NCBI GenBank assembly: GCA_964016885.1
Contig: OZ024741.1
Span: 410,626,001-410,690,000 of the forward strand
From: Eledone cirrhosa
Taxonomy: Eukaryota
Length of the DNA: 64,000 nt
Reading direction: 5' to 3'
In this document: positions 1 to 15,000 of the stretch, piece by piece
How the letters are laid out: every line of letters begins with the position of its first letter
Position numbering within the stretch: position 1 is the first letter of the stretch
The notes under the pieces: model-generated
The model's input: only the letters and a program-made list of their open reading frames with translations
What the model was told of the DNA's origin: nothing
Database searches by the model: none
Made by a program: the position numbers and the translations under genes

Positions 1-3000
1 ACTATATCTGTGACAGTAGAGTGTATATACTATATCTGTGACAGTAGAGTGTATATACTATATATCTGAGGCAGTAGAGTGTATATACTATATCTGTGAC
101 AGTTGAGTGTATATACTATATCTGTGACAGTAGTGTATATACTATATCTGTGACAGTAGAGTGTATATACTATATATCTGAGACAGTAGAGTGTATATAC
201 TATATCTGTGAGACAGTAGAGAGTATATACTATATCTGTGACAGTAGAGTGTATATACTATATCTGTGACAGTAGAGTGTATATACTATATATCTGTGAC
301 AGTAGAGTGTATATACTATATCTGTGACAGTAGAGTGTATATACTATATCTGTGTGACAGTAGAGTGTATATACTATATCTGTGACAGTAGAGTGTATAT
401 ACTATATCTGTGACAGTAGAGTGTATATACTATATATCTGTGACAGTAGAGTGTATATACTATATATCTGAGACAGTAGAGTGTATATACTATATATCTG
501 TGACAGTAGAGTGTATATACTATATATCTGAGACAGTAGAGTGTATATACTATATCTGTGACAGCAGAGTGTATATACTATATATCTGAGACAGTAGAGT
601 GTATATACTATATCTGTGACAGTAGAGTGTATATACTATATCTGTGACAGTAGAGTGTATATACTATATCTGTGACATTTGAGTGTATATACTATATATC
701 TGTGACAGTAGAATGTATATACTATATCTGTGAGACAGTAGAGTGTATATACTATATCTGTGACAGTAGAGTGTATATACTATATCTGTGACAGTAGAGT
801 GTATATACTATATATCTGTGACAGTAGAATGTATATACTATATCTGTGACAGTAGAGTGTATATACTATATCTGTGTGACAGTAGAGTGTATATACTATA
901 TCTGTGACAGTAGAGTGTATCTACTATATCTGAGACAGTAGAGTGTATATACTATATCTGAGACAGTAGAGTGTATATACTATATCTGTGACAGTAGAGT
1001 GTATATACTATATATCTGTGACAGTAGAGTGTATATACTATATCTGTGACAGTAGAGTGTATATACTATATCTGTGACAGTAGAGTGTATATACTATATA
1101 TCTGTGACAGTAGAGTGTATATATTATATCTGTGACAGTAGAGTGTATATACTATATCTGTGAGACAGTAGAGTGTATATACTATATATTTGTGACAGTA
1201 GAGTGTATATACTATATCTGTCACAGTAGAGTGTATATACTATATATCTGTCACAGTAGAGTGTATATACTATATATCTGTGACAGTAGAGTGTATATAC
1301 TATATCTGTGAGACAGTAGAGTGTATATACTATATCTGTGACAGTAGAGTGTATATACTATATCTGTGTCAGTAGAGTGTATATACTATATATCTGAGAT
1401 AGTAGAGTGTATATACTATATCTGTGACAGTAGAGAGTATATACTATATCTGTGACAGTAGAGTGTATATACTATATATCTGAGACAGTAGAGTGTATAT
1501 ACTATATCTGTGACAGTAGAGTGTATATACTATATCTGTGACAGTAGAGTGTATATACTATATCTGTGACAGTAGAGTGTATCTACTATATCTGTGACAG
1601 TAGACTGTATATACTATATCTGTGACAGTAGAGTGTATATACTATATCTGTGACAGTAGAGTGTATATACTATATATGTGACAGTAGAGTGTATATACTA
1701 TATCTGTGACAGTAGAGTGTATATACTATATCTGTGACAGTAGAGTGTATATACTATATATCTGTGACAGTAGAATGTATATACTATATCTGTGACAGTA
1801 GAGTGTATATACTATATCTGTGTGACAGTAGAGTGTATATACTATATCTGTGACAGTAGAGTGTATATACTATATCTGAGACAGTAGAGTGTATATACTA
1901 TATCTGAGACAGTAGAGTGTATATACTATATCTGTGACAGTAGAGTGTATATACTATATATCTGTGACAGTAGAGTGTATATACTATATATCTGTGACAG
2001 TAGAGTATATATACTATATCTGTGACAGTAGAGTGTATATACTGTATCTGTGACAGTAGAGTGTATATACTATATATCTGTGACAGTAGAGTGTATATAT
2101 TATATCTGTGACAGTAGAGTGTATATACTATATCTGTGAGACAGTAGAGTGTATCTACTATATCTGTGACAGTAGACTGTATATACTATATCTGTGACAG
2201 TAGAGTGTATATACTATATCTGTGACAGTAGAGTGTATATACTATATCTGTGACAGTAGAGTGTATATACTATATCTGTGACAGTAGAGTGTATATACTA
2301 TATCTGTGACAGTAGAGTGTATCTACTATATCTGTGACAGTAGACTGTATATACTATATCTGTGACAGTAGAGTGTATATACTATATCTGTGACAGTAGA
2401 GTGTATATACTATATCTGTGACAGTAGAGTGTATCTACTATATCTGTGACAGTAGACTGTATATACTATATCTGTGACAGTAGAGTGTACATACTATATA
2501 TCTGAGACAGTAGAGTGTATATACTATATCTGTGACAGTAGAGTGTATATACTATATCTGTGACAGTAGAGTGTATATACTATATCTGTGACAGTAGAGT
2601 GTATATACTATATCTGTGACAGTAGACTGTATATACTATATCTGTGACAGTACAGTGTATATACTATATCTGTGACAGTAGAGTGTATATACTATATCTG
2701 TGACAGTAGAGTGTATATACTATATCTGTGACAGTAGAGTGTATATACTATATATGTGACAGTAGAGTGTATATACTATATCTGTGACAGTAGAGTGTAT
2801 ATACTATATCTGTGACAGTAGAGTGTATATACTATATATCTGTGACAGTAGAGTGTATATACTATATCTGTGACAGTAGAGTGTATATGCTATATCTGTG
2901 ACAGTAGAGTGTATATACTATATCTGTGAGACAGTAGAGGGTATATACTATATCTGTGACAGTAGAGTGTATATACTATATATCTGAGACAGTAGAGTGT

Positions 3001-6000
3001 ATATGCTATATCTGTGACAGTAGAGTGTATATACTATATCTGTGAGACAGTAGAGTGTATATACTATATCTGTGACAGTAGAGTATATATACTATATCTG
3101 TGAAGGTAGAGTGTATATACTATATATCTGAGACAGTAGAGTGTATATACTATATATCTGTGACAGTAGAGTGTATATACTATATCTGTGACAGTAGAGT
3201 GTATATACTATATCTGTGACAGTAGAGTGTATATACTATATATCTGAGACAGTAGAGTGTATATGCTATATCTGTGACAGTAGAGTGTATATACTATATC
3301 TGTGAGACGGTAGAGTGTATATACTATATCTGTGACAGTAGAGTATATATACTATATCTGTGACAGTAGAGTGTATATACTATATATCTGAGACAGTTGA
3401 GTGTATATACTATATATCTGTGACAGTAGAGTGTATATACTATATCTGTGACAGTAGAGTGTATATACTATATCTGTGACAGTAGAGTGTACATACTATA
3501 TCTGTGACAGTAGAGTGTATATACTATATCTGTGACAGTAGAGTGTATATACTATATATCTGAGACAGTAGAGTGTATATACTATATCTGTGACAGTAGA
3601 GTGTATATACTATATCTGTGACAGTAGAGTGTATATACTATATATCTTTGACAGTAGAGTGTATATACTATATCTGTGACAGTAGAGTGTATATACTATA
3701 TCTGTGACAGTAGAGTGTATATACTATATCTGTGACAGTAGAGTGTATATACTATATCTGTGACAGTAGAGTGTACATACTATATCTGTGACAGTAGAGT
3801 GTATATACTATATCTGTGACAGTAGAGTGTATATACTATATATCTGAGACAGTAGAGTGTATATACTATATCTGTGACAGTAGAGTGTATATACTATATC
3901 TGTGACAGTAGAGTGTATATACTATATATCTGAGACAGTAGAGTGTATATACTATATCTGTGACAGTTGAGTGTATATACTATATCTGTGACAGTAGAGT
4001 GTATATACTATATCTGTGACAGTAGAGTGTATATACTATATATCTGAGACAGTAGAGTGTATATACTATATCTGTGAGACAGTAGAGTGTATATACTATA
4101 TCTGTGACAGTAGAGTGTATATACTATATCTGTGACAGTAGAGTGTATATACTATATATCTGTGACAGTAGAGTGTATATACTATATCTGTGTGACAGTA
4201 GAGTGTATATACTATATCTGTGACAGTAGAGTGTATATACTATATCTGAGACAGTAGAGTGTATATACTATATCTGAGACAGTAGAGTGTATATACTATA
4301 TCTGTGACAGTAGAGTGTATATACTATATATCTGTGACAGTAGAGTGTATATATTATATCTGTGACAGTAGAGTGTATATACTATATCTGTGAGACAGTA
4401 GAGTGTATATACTATATCTGTGACAGTAGAGTGTATATACTATATCTGTGAGACAGTAGAGTGTATATACTATATCTGTGACAGTAGAGTGTATATACTA
4501 TATCTGTGACAGTAGAGTGTATATACTATATCTGTGACAGTAGAGTGTATATACTATATATCTGTGACAGTAGAATGTATATACTATATCTGTGACAGTA
4601 GAGTGTATATACTATATCTGTGTGACAGTAGAGTGTATATACTATATCTGAGACAGTAGAGTGTATATACTATATCTGTGACAGTAGAGTGTATATACTA
4701 TATATCTGTGACAGTAGAGTGTATATACTATATCTGTGACAGTAGAGTGTATATACTATATCTGTGACAGTAGAGTGTATATACTATATATCTGTGACAG
4801 TAGAGTGTATATATTATATCTGTGACAGTAGAGTGTATATACTATATCTGTGAGACAGTAGAGTGTATATACTATATATCTGTGACAGTAGAGTGTATCT
4901 ACTATATCTGTGACAGTAGACTGTATATACTATATCTGTGACAGTAGAGTGTATATACTATATATCTGTGACAGTAGAGTGTATATACTATATCTGTGAC
5001 AGTAGAGTGTATATGCTATATCTGTGACAGTAGAGTGTATATACTATATCTGTGAGACAGTAGAGGGTATATACTATATCTGTGACAGTAGAGTGTATAT
5101 ACTATATATCTGAGACAGTAGAGTGTATATGCTATATCTGTGACAGTAGAGTGTATATACTATATCTGTGAGACAGTAGAGTGTATATACTATATCTGTG
5201 ACAGTAGAGTATATATACTATATCTGTGAAGGTAGAGTGTATATACTATATATCTGAGACAGTAGAGTGTATATACTATATATCTGTGACAGTAGAGTGT
5301 ATATACTATATCTGTGACAGTAGAGTGTATATACTATATCTGTGACAGTAGAGTGTATATACTATATATCTGAGACAGTAGAGTGTATATGCTATATCTG
5401 TGACAGTAGAGTGTATATACTATATCTGTGAGACGGTAGAGTGTATATACTATATCTGTGACAGTAGAGTATATATACTATATCTGTGACAGTAGAGTGT
5501 ATATACTATATATCTGAGACAGTTGAGTGTATATACTATATATCTGTGACAGTAGAGTGTATATACTATATCTGTGACAGTAGAGTGTATATACTATATC
5601 TGTGACAGTAGAGTGTATATACTATATCTGTGACAGTAGAGTGTATATACTATATCTGTGACAGTAGAGTGTACATACTATATCTGTGACAGTAGAGTGT
5701 ATATACTATATCTGTGACAGTAGAGTGTATATACTATATATCTGAGACAGTAGAGTGTATATACTATATCTGTGACAGTAGAGTGTATATACTATATCTG
5801 TGACAGTAGAGTGTATATACTATATATCTTTGACAGTAGAGTGTATATACTATATCTGTGACAGTAGAGTGTATATACTATATCTGTGACAGTAGAGTGT
5901 ATATACTATATCTGTGACAGTAGAGTGTATATACTATATCTGTGACAGTAGAGTGTACATACTATATCTGTGACAGTAGAGTGTATATACTATATCTGAG

Positions 6001-9000
6001 ACAGTAGAGTGTATATACTATATATCTGAGACAGTAGAGTGTATATACTATATCTGTGACAGTAGAGTGTATATACTATATCTGTGACAGTAGAGTGTAT
6101 ATACTATATATCTGAGACAGTAGAGTGTATATACTATATCTGTGACAGTTGAGTGTATATACTATATCTGTGACAGTAGAGTGTATATACTATATCTGTG
6201 ACAGTAGAGTGTATATACTATATATCTGAGACAGTAGAGTGTATATACTATATCTGTGAGACAGTAGAGTGTATATACTATATCTGTGACAGTAGAGTGT
6301 ATATACTATATCTGTGACAGTAGAGTGTATATACTATATATCTGTGACAGTAGAGTGTATATACTATATCTGTGACAGTAGAGTGTATATACTATATCTG
6401 TGTGACAGTAGAGTGTATATACTATATCTGTGACAGTAGAGTGTATATACTATATCTGAGACAGTAGAGTGTATATACTATATCTGAGACAGTAGAGTGT
6501 ATATACTATATCTGTGACAGTAGAGTGTATATACTATATATCTGTGACAGTAGAGTGTATATACTATATCTGTGACAGTAGAGTGTATATACTATATCTG
6601 TGACAGTAGAGTGTATATACTATATATCTGTGACAGTAGAGTGTATATATTATATCTGTGACAGTAGAGTGTATATACTATATCTGTGAGACAGTAGAGT
6701 GTATATACTATATCTGTGACAGTAGAGTGTATATACTATATCTGTGAGACAGTAGAGTGTATATACTATATCTGTGACAGTAGAGTGTATATACTATATC
6801 TGTGACAGTAGAGTGTATATACTATATATCTGTGACAGTAGAGTGTATATACTATATCTGTGACAGTAGAGTGTATATACTATATCTGTGTGACAGTAGA
6901 GTGTATATACTATATCTGTGACAGTAGAGTGTATATACTATATGTGAGACAGTAGAGTGTATATACTATATCTGAGACAGTAGAGTGTATATACTATATC
7001 TGTGACAGTAGAGTGTATATACTATATATCTGTGACAGTAGAGTGTATATACTATATCTGTGACAGTAGAGTGTATATACTATATCTGTGACAGTAGAGT
7101 GTATATACTATATATCTGTGACAGTAGAGTGTATATATTATATCTGTGACAGTAGAGTGTATATACTATATCTGTGAGACAGTAGAGTGTATATACTATA
7201 TATCTGTGACAGTAGAGTGTATATACTATATCTGTCACAGTAGAGTGTATATACTATATATCTGTCACAGTAGAGTGTATATACTATATATCTGTGACAG
7301 TAGAGTGTATATACTATATCTGTGAGACAGTAGAGTGTATATACTATATCTGTGACAGTAGAGTGTATATACTATATCTGTGAGACAGTAGAGTGTATAT
7401 ACTATATCTGTGACAGTAGAGTGTATATACTATATCTGTGACAGTAGAGTGTATATACTATATCTGTGACAGTAGAGTGTATATACTATATATCTGTGAC
7501 AGTAGAATGTATATACTATATCTGTGACAGTAGAGTGTATATACTATATCTGTGTGACAGTAGAGTGTATATACTATATCTGAGACAGTAGAGTGTATAT
7601 ACTATATCTGTGACAGTAGAGTGTATATACTATATATCTGTGACAGTAGAGTGTATATACTATATCTGTGACAGTAGAGTGTATATACTATATCTGTGAC
7701 AGTAGAGTGTATATACTATATATCTGTGACAGTAGAGTGTATATATTATATCTGTGACAGTAGAGTGTATATACTATATCTGTGAGACAGTAGAGTGTAT
7801 ATACTATATATCTGTGACAGTAGAGTGTATCTACTATATCTGTGACAGTAGACTGTATATACTATATCTGTGACAGTAGAGTGTATATACTATATCTGTG
7901 ACAGTAGAGTGTATATACTATATCTGTGACAGTAGAGTGTATATACTATATCTGTGACAGTAGAGTGTATATACTATATATGTGACAGTAGAGTGTATAT
8001 ACTATATCTGTGACAGTAGAGTGTATATACTATATCTGTGACAGTAGAGTGTATATACTATATATCTGTGACAGTAGAGTGTATATACTATATCTGTGAC
8101 AGTAGAGTGTATATGCTATATCTGTGACAGTAGAGTGTATATACTATATCTGTGAGACAGTAGAGTGTATATACTATATCTGTGACAGTAGAGTGTATAT
8201 ACTATATCTGTGACAGTAGAGTGTATATACTATATATCTGTGACAGTAGAGTGTATATACTATATCTGTGACAGTAGAGTGTATATACTATATATGTGAC
8301 AGTAGAGTGTATATACTATATCTGTGACAGTAGAGTGTATATACTATATCTGTGACAGTAGAGTGTATATACTATATATCTGTGACAGTAGAGTGTATAT
8401 ACTATATCTGTGACAGTAGAGTGTATATGCTATATCTGTGACAGTAGAGTGTATATACTATATCTGTGACAGTAGAGTATATATACTATATCTGTGAAGG
8501 TAGAGTGTATATACTATATATCTGAGACAGTAGAGTGTATATACTATATATCTGTGACAGTAGAGTGTATATACTATATCTGTGACAGTAGAGTGTATAT
8601 ACTATATCTGTGACAGTAGAGTGTATATACTATATATCTGAGACAGTAGATTGTATATGCTATATCTGTGACAGTAGAGTGTATATACTATATCTGTGAG
8701 ACGGTAGAGTGTATATACTATATCTGTGACAGTAGAGTATATATACTATATCTGTGACAGTAGAGTGTATATACTATATATCTGAGACAGTTGAGTGTAT
8801 ATACTATATATCTGTGACAGTAGAGTGTATATACTATATCTGTGACAGTAGAGTGTATATACTATATCTGTGACAGTAGAGTGTACATACTATATCTGTG
8901 ACAGTAGAGTGTATATACTATATATGTGACAGTAGAGTGTATATACTATATATCTGAGACAGTAGAGTGTATATACTATATCTGTGACAGTAGAGTGTAT

Positions 9001-12000
9001 ATACTATATCTGTGACAGTAGAGTGTATATAATATATATCTGTGACAGTAGAGTGTATATACTATATCTGTGACAGTAGAGTGTATATACTATATCTGTG
9101 ACAGTAGAGTGTATATACTATATCTGTGACAGTAGAGTGTATATACTATATCTGTGACAGTAGAGTGTATATACTATATATCTGAGACAGTAGAGTGTAT
9201 ATACTATATCTGTGACAGTTGAGTATATATACTATATCTGTGACAGTAGAGTGTATATACTATATCTGTGACAGTAGAGTGTATATACTATATATCTGAG
9301 ACAGTAGAGTGTATATACTATATCTGTGAGACAGTAGAGAGTATATACTATATCTGTGACAGTAGAGTGTATATACTATATCTGTGACAGTAGAGTGTAT
9401 ATACTATATATCTGTGACAGTAGAGTGTATATACTATATCTGTGACAGTAGAGTGTATATACTATATCTGTGTGACAGTAGAATGTATATACTATATCTG
9501 TGACAGTAGAGTGTATATACTATATCTGTGACAGTAGAGTGTATATACTATATATCTGTGACAGTAGAGTGTATATACTATATCTGTGACAGTAGAGTGT
9601 ATATACTATATATCTGTGACAGTAGAGTGTATATACTATATATCTGAGACAGTAGAGTGTATATACTATATCTGTGACAGCAGAGTGTATATACTATATA
9701 TCTGAGACAGTAGAGTGTATATACTATATCTGTGGCAGTAGAGTGTATATACTATATCTGTGACAGTAGAGTGTATATACTATATCTGTGACAATTGAGT
9801 GTATATACTATATATCTGTGACAGTAGAATGTATATACTATATCTGTGAGACAGTAGAGTGTATATACTATATCTGTGACAGTAGAGTGTATATACTATA
9901 TCTGTGACAGTAGAGTGTATATACTATATATCTGTGACAGTAGAATGTATATACTATATCTGTGACAGTAGAGTGTATATACTATATCTGTGTGACAGTA
10001 GAGTGTATATACTATATCTGTGACAGTAGAGTGTATCTACTATATCTGAGACAGTAGAGTGTATATACTATATCTGAGACAGTAGAGTGTATATACTATA
10101 TCTGTGACAGTAGAGTGTATATACTATATATCTGTGACAGTAGAGTGTATATACTATATCTGTGACAGTAGAGTGTATATACTATATCTGTGACAGTAGA
10201 GTGTATATACTATATATCTGTGACAGTAGAGTGTATATATTATATCTGTGACAGTAGAGTGTATATACTATATCTGTGAGACAGTAGAGTGTATATACTA
10301 TATATTTGTGACAGTAGAGTGTATATACTATATCTGTCACAGTAGAGTGTATATACTATATATCTGTCACAGTAGAGTGTATATACTATATATCTGTGAC
10401 AGTAGAGTGTATATACTATATCTGTGAGACAGTAGAGTGTATATACTATATCTGTGACAGTAGAGTGTATATACTATATCTGTGTCAGTAGAGTGTATAT
10501 ACTATATATCTGAGACAGTAGAGTGTATATACTATATCTGTGACAGTAGAGTGTATATACTATATCTGTGACAGTAGAGTGTATATACTATATATCTCAG
10601 ATAGTAGAGTGTATATACTATATCTGTGACAGTAGAGTGTATATACTATATCTGTGATAGTAGAGTGTATATACTATATATCTGAGACAGTAGAGTGTAT
10701 ATACTATATATCTGAGACAGTAGAGTGTATATACTATATCTGTGACAGTAGAGTGTATATACTATATCTGTGACAGTAGAGTGTATCTACTATATCTGTG
10801 ACAGTAGACTGTATATACTATATCTGTGACAGTAGAGTGTATATACTATATCTGTGACAGTAGAGTGTATATACTATATCTGTGACAGTAGAGTGTATAT
10901 ACTATATCTGTGACAGTAGAGTGTATATACTATATATGTGACAGTAGAGTGTATATACTATATCTGTGACAGTAGAGTGTATATACTATATCTGTGACAG
11001 TAGAGTGTATATACTATATATCTGTGACAGTAGAGTGTATATACTATATCTGTGACAGTAGAGTGTATATGCTATATCTGTGACAGTAGAGTGTATATAC
11101 TATATCTGTGACAGTAGAGTATATATACTATATCTGTGAAGGTAGAGTGTATATACTATATATCTGAGACAGTAGAGTGTATATACTATATATCTGTGAC
11201 AGTAGAGTGTATATACTATATCTGTGACAGTAGAGTGTATATACTATATCTGTGACAGTAGAGTGTATATACTATATATCTGAGACAGTAGATTGTATAT
11301 GCTATATCTGTGACAGTAGAGTGTATATACTATATCTGTGAGACGGTAGAGTGTATATACTATATCTGTGACAGTAGAGTATATATACTATATCTGTGAC
11401 AGTAGAGTGTATATACTATATATCTGAGACAGTTGAGTGTATATACTATATATCTGTGACAGTAGAGTGTATATACTATATCTGTGACAGTAGAGTGTAT
11501 ATACTATATCTGTGACAGTAGAGTGTACATACTATATCTGTGACAGTAGAGTGTATATACTATATCTGTGACAGTAGAGTGTATATACTATATATCTGAG
11601 ACAGTAGAGTGTATATACTATATCTGTGACAGTAGAGTGTATATACTATATCTGTGACAGTAGAGTATATATAATATATATCTGTGACAGTAGAGTGTAT
11701 ATACTATATCTGTGACAGTAGAGTGTATATACTATATCTGTGACAGTAGAGTGTATATACTATATCTGTGACAGTAGAGTGTATATACTATATATCTGAG
11801 GCAGTAGAGTGTATATACTATATCTGTGACAGTTGAGTGTATATACTATATCTGTGACAGTAGTGTATATACTATATCTGTGACAGTAGAGTGTATATAC
11901 TATATATCTGAGACAGTAGAGTGTATATACTATATCTGTGAGACAGTAGAGAGTATATACTATATCTGTGACAGTAGAGTGTATATACTATATCTGTGAC

Positions 12001-15000
12001 AGTAGAGTGTATATACTATATATCTGTGACAGTAGAGTGTATATACTATATCTGTGACAGTAGAGTGTATATACTATATCTGTGTGACAGTAGAGTGTAT
12101 ATACTATATCTGTGACAGTAGAGTGTATATACTATATCTGTGACAGTAGAGTGTATATACTATATATCTGTGACAGTAGAGTGTATATACTATATATCTG
12201 AGACAGTAGAGTGTATATACTATATATCTGTGACAGTAGAGTGTATATACTATATATCTGAGACAGTAGAGTGTATATACTATATCTGTGACAGCAGAGT
12301 GTATATACTATATATCTGAGACAGTAGAGTGTATATACTATATCTGTGACAGTAGAGTGTATATACTATATCTGTGACAGTAGAGTGTATATACTATATC
12401 TGTGACATTTGAGTGTATATACTATATATCTGTGACAGTAGAATGTATATACTATATCTGTGAGACAGTAGAGTGTATATACTATATCTGTGACAGTAGA
12501 GTGTATATACTATATCTGTGACAGTAGAGTGTATATACTATATATCTGTGACAGTAGAATGTATATACTATATCTGTGACAGTAGAGTGTATATACTATA
12601 TCTGTGTGACAGTAGAGTGTATATACTATATCTGTGACAGTAGAGTGTATCTACTATATCTGAGACAGTAGAGTGTATATACTATATCTGAGACAGTAGA
12701 GTGTATATACTATATCTGTGACAGTAGAGTGTATATACTATATATCTGTGACAGTAGAGTGTATATACTATATCTGTGACAGTAGAGTGTATATACTATA
12801 TCTGTGACAGTAGAGTGTATATACTATATATCTGTGACAGTAGAGTGTATATATTATATCTGTGACAGTAGAGTGTATATACTATATCTGTGAGACAGTA
12901 GAGTGTATATACTATATATTTGTGACAGTAGAGTGTATATACTATATCTGTCACAGTAGAGTGTATATACTATATATCTGTCACAGTAGAGTGTATATAC
13001 TATATATCTGTGACAGTAGAGTGTATATACTATATCTGTGAGACAGTAGAGTGTATATACTATATCTGTGACAGTAGAGTGTATATACTATATCTGTGTC
13101 AGTAGAGTGTATATACTATATATCTGAGATAGTAGAGTGTATATACTATATCTGTGACAGTAGAGAGTATATACTATATCTGTGACAGTAGAGTGTATAT
13201 ACTATATATCTGAGACAGTAGAGTGTATATACTATATCTGTGACAGTAGAGTGTATATACTATATCTGTGACAGTAGAGTGTATATACTATATCTGTGAC
13301 AGTAGAGTGTATATACTATATCTGTGACAGTAGAGTGTATCTACTATATCTGTGACAGTAGACTGTATATACTATATCTGTGACAGTAGAGTGTATATAC
13401 TATATCTGTGACAGTAGAGTGTATATACTATATATGTGACAGTAGAGTGTATATACTATATCTGTGACAGTAGAGTGTATATACTATATCTGTGACAGTA
13501 GAGTGTATATACTATATATCTGTGACAGTAGAATGTATATACTATATCTGTGACAGTAGAGTGTATATACTATATCTGTGTGACAGTAGAGTGTATATAC
13601 TATATCTGTGACAGTAGAGTGTATATACTATATCTGAGACAGTAGAGTGTATATACTATATCTGAGACAGTAGAGTGTATATACTATATCTGTGACAGTA
13701 GAGTGTATATACTATATATCTGTGACAGTAGAGTGTATATACTATATATCTGTGACAGTAGAGTATATATACTACATCTGTGACAGTAGAGTGTATATAC
13801 TGTATCTGTGACAGTAGAGTGTATATACTATATATCTGTGACAGTAGAGTGTATATATTATATCTGTGACAGTAGAGTGTATATACTATATCTGTGAGAC
13901 AGTAGAGTGTATCTACTATATCTGTGACAGTAGACTGTATATACTATATCTGTGACAGTAGAGTGTATATACTATATCTGTGACAGTAGAGTGTATATAC
14001 TATATCTGTGACAGTAGAGTGTATATACTATATCTGTGACAGTAGAGTGTATATACTATATCTGTGACAGTAGAGTGTATCTACTATATCTGTGACAGTA
14101 GACTGTATATACTATATCTGTGACAGTAGAGTGTATATACTATATCTGTGACAGTAGAGTGTATATACTATATCTGTGACAGTAGAGTGTATCTACTATA
14201 TCTGTGACAGTAGACTGTATATACTATATCTGTGACAGTAGAGTGTACATACTATATATCTGAGACAGTAGAGTGTATATACTATATCTGTGACAGTAGA
14301 GTGTATATACTATATCTGTGACAGTAGAGTGTATATACTATATCTGTGACAGTAGAGTGTATATACTATATCTGTGACAGTAGACTGTATATACTATATC
14401 TGTGACAGTACAGTGTATATACTATATCTGTGACAGTAGAGTGTATATACTATATCTGTGACAGTAGAGTGTATATACTATATCTGTGACAGTAGAGTGT
14501 ATATACTATATATGTGACAGTAGAGTGTATATACTATATCTGTGACAGTAGAGTGTATATACTATATCTGTGACAGTAGAGTGTATATACTATATATCTG
14601 TGACAGTAGAGTGTATATACTATATCTGTGACAGTAGAGTGTATATGCTATATCTGTGACAGTAGAGTGTATATACTATATCTGTGAGACAGTAGAGGGT
14701 ATATACTATATCTGTGACAGTAGAGTGTATATACTATATATCTGAGACAGTAGAGTGTATATGCTATATCTGTGACAGTAGAGTGTATATACTATATCTG
14801 TGAGACAGTAGAGTGTATATACTATATCTGTGACAGTAGAGTATATATACTATATCTGTGAAGGTAGAGTGTATATACTATATATCTGAGACAGTAGAGT
14901 GTATATACTATATATCTGTGACAGTAGAGTGTATATACTATATCTGTGACAGTAGAGTGTATATACTATATCTGTGACAGTAGAGTGTATATACTATATA

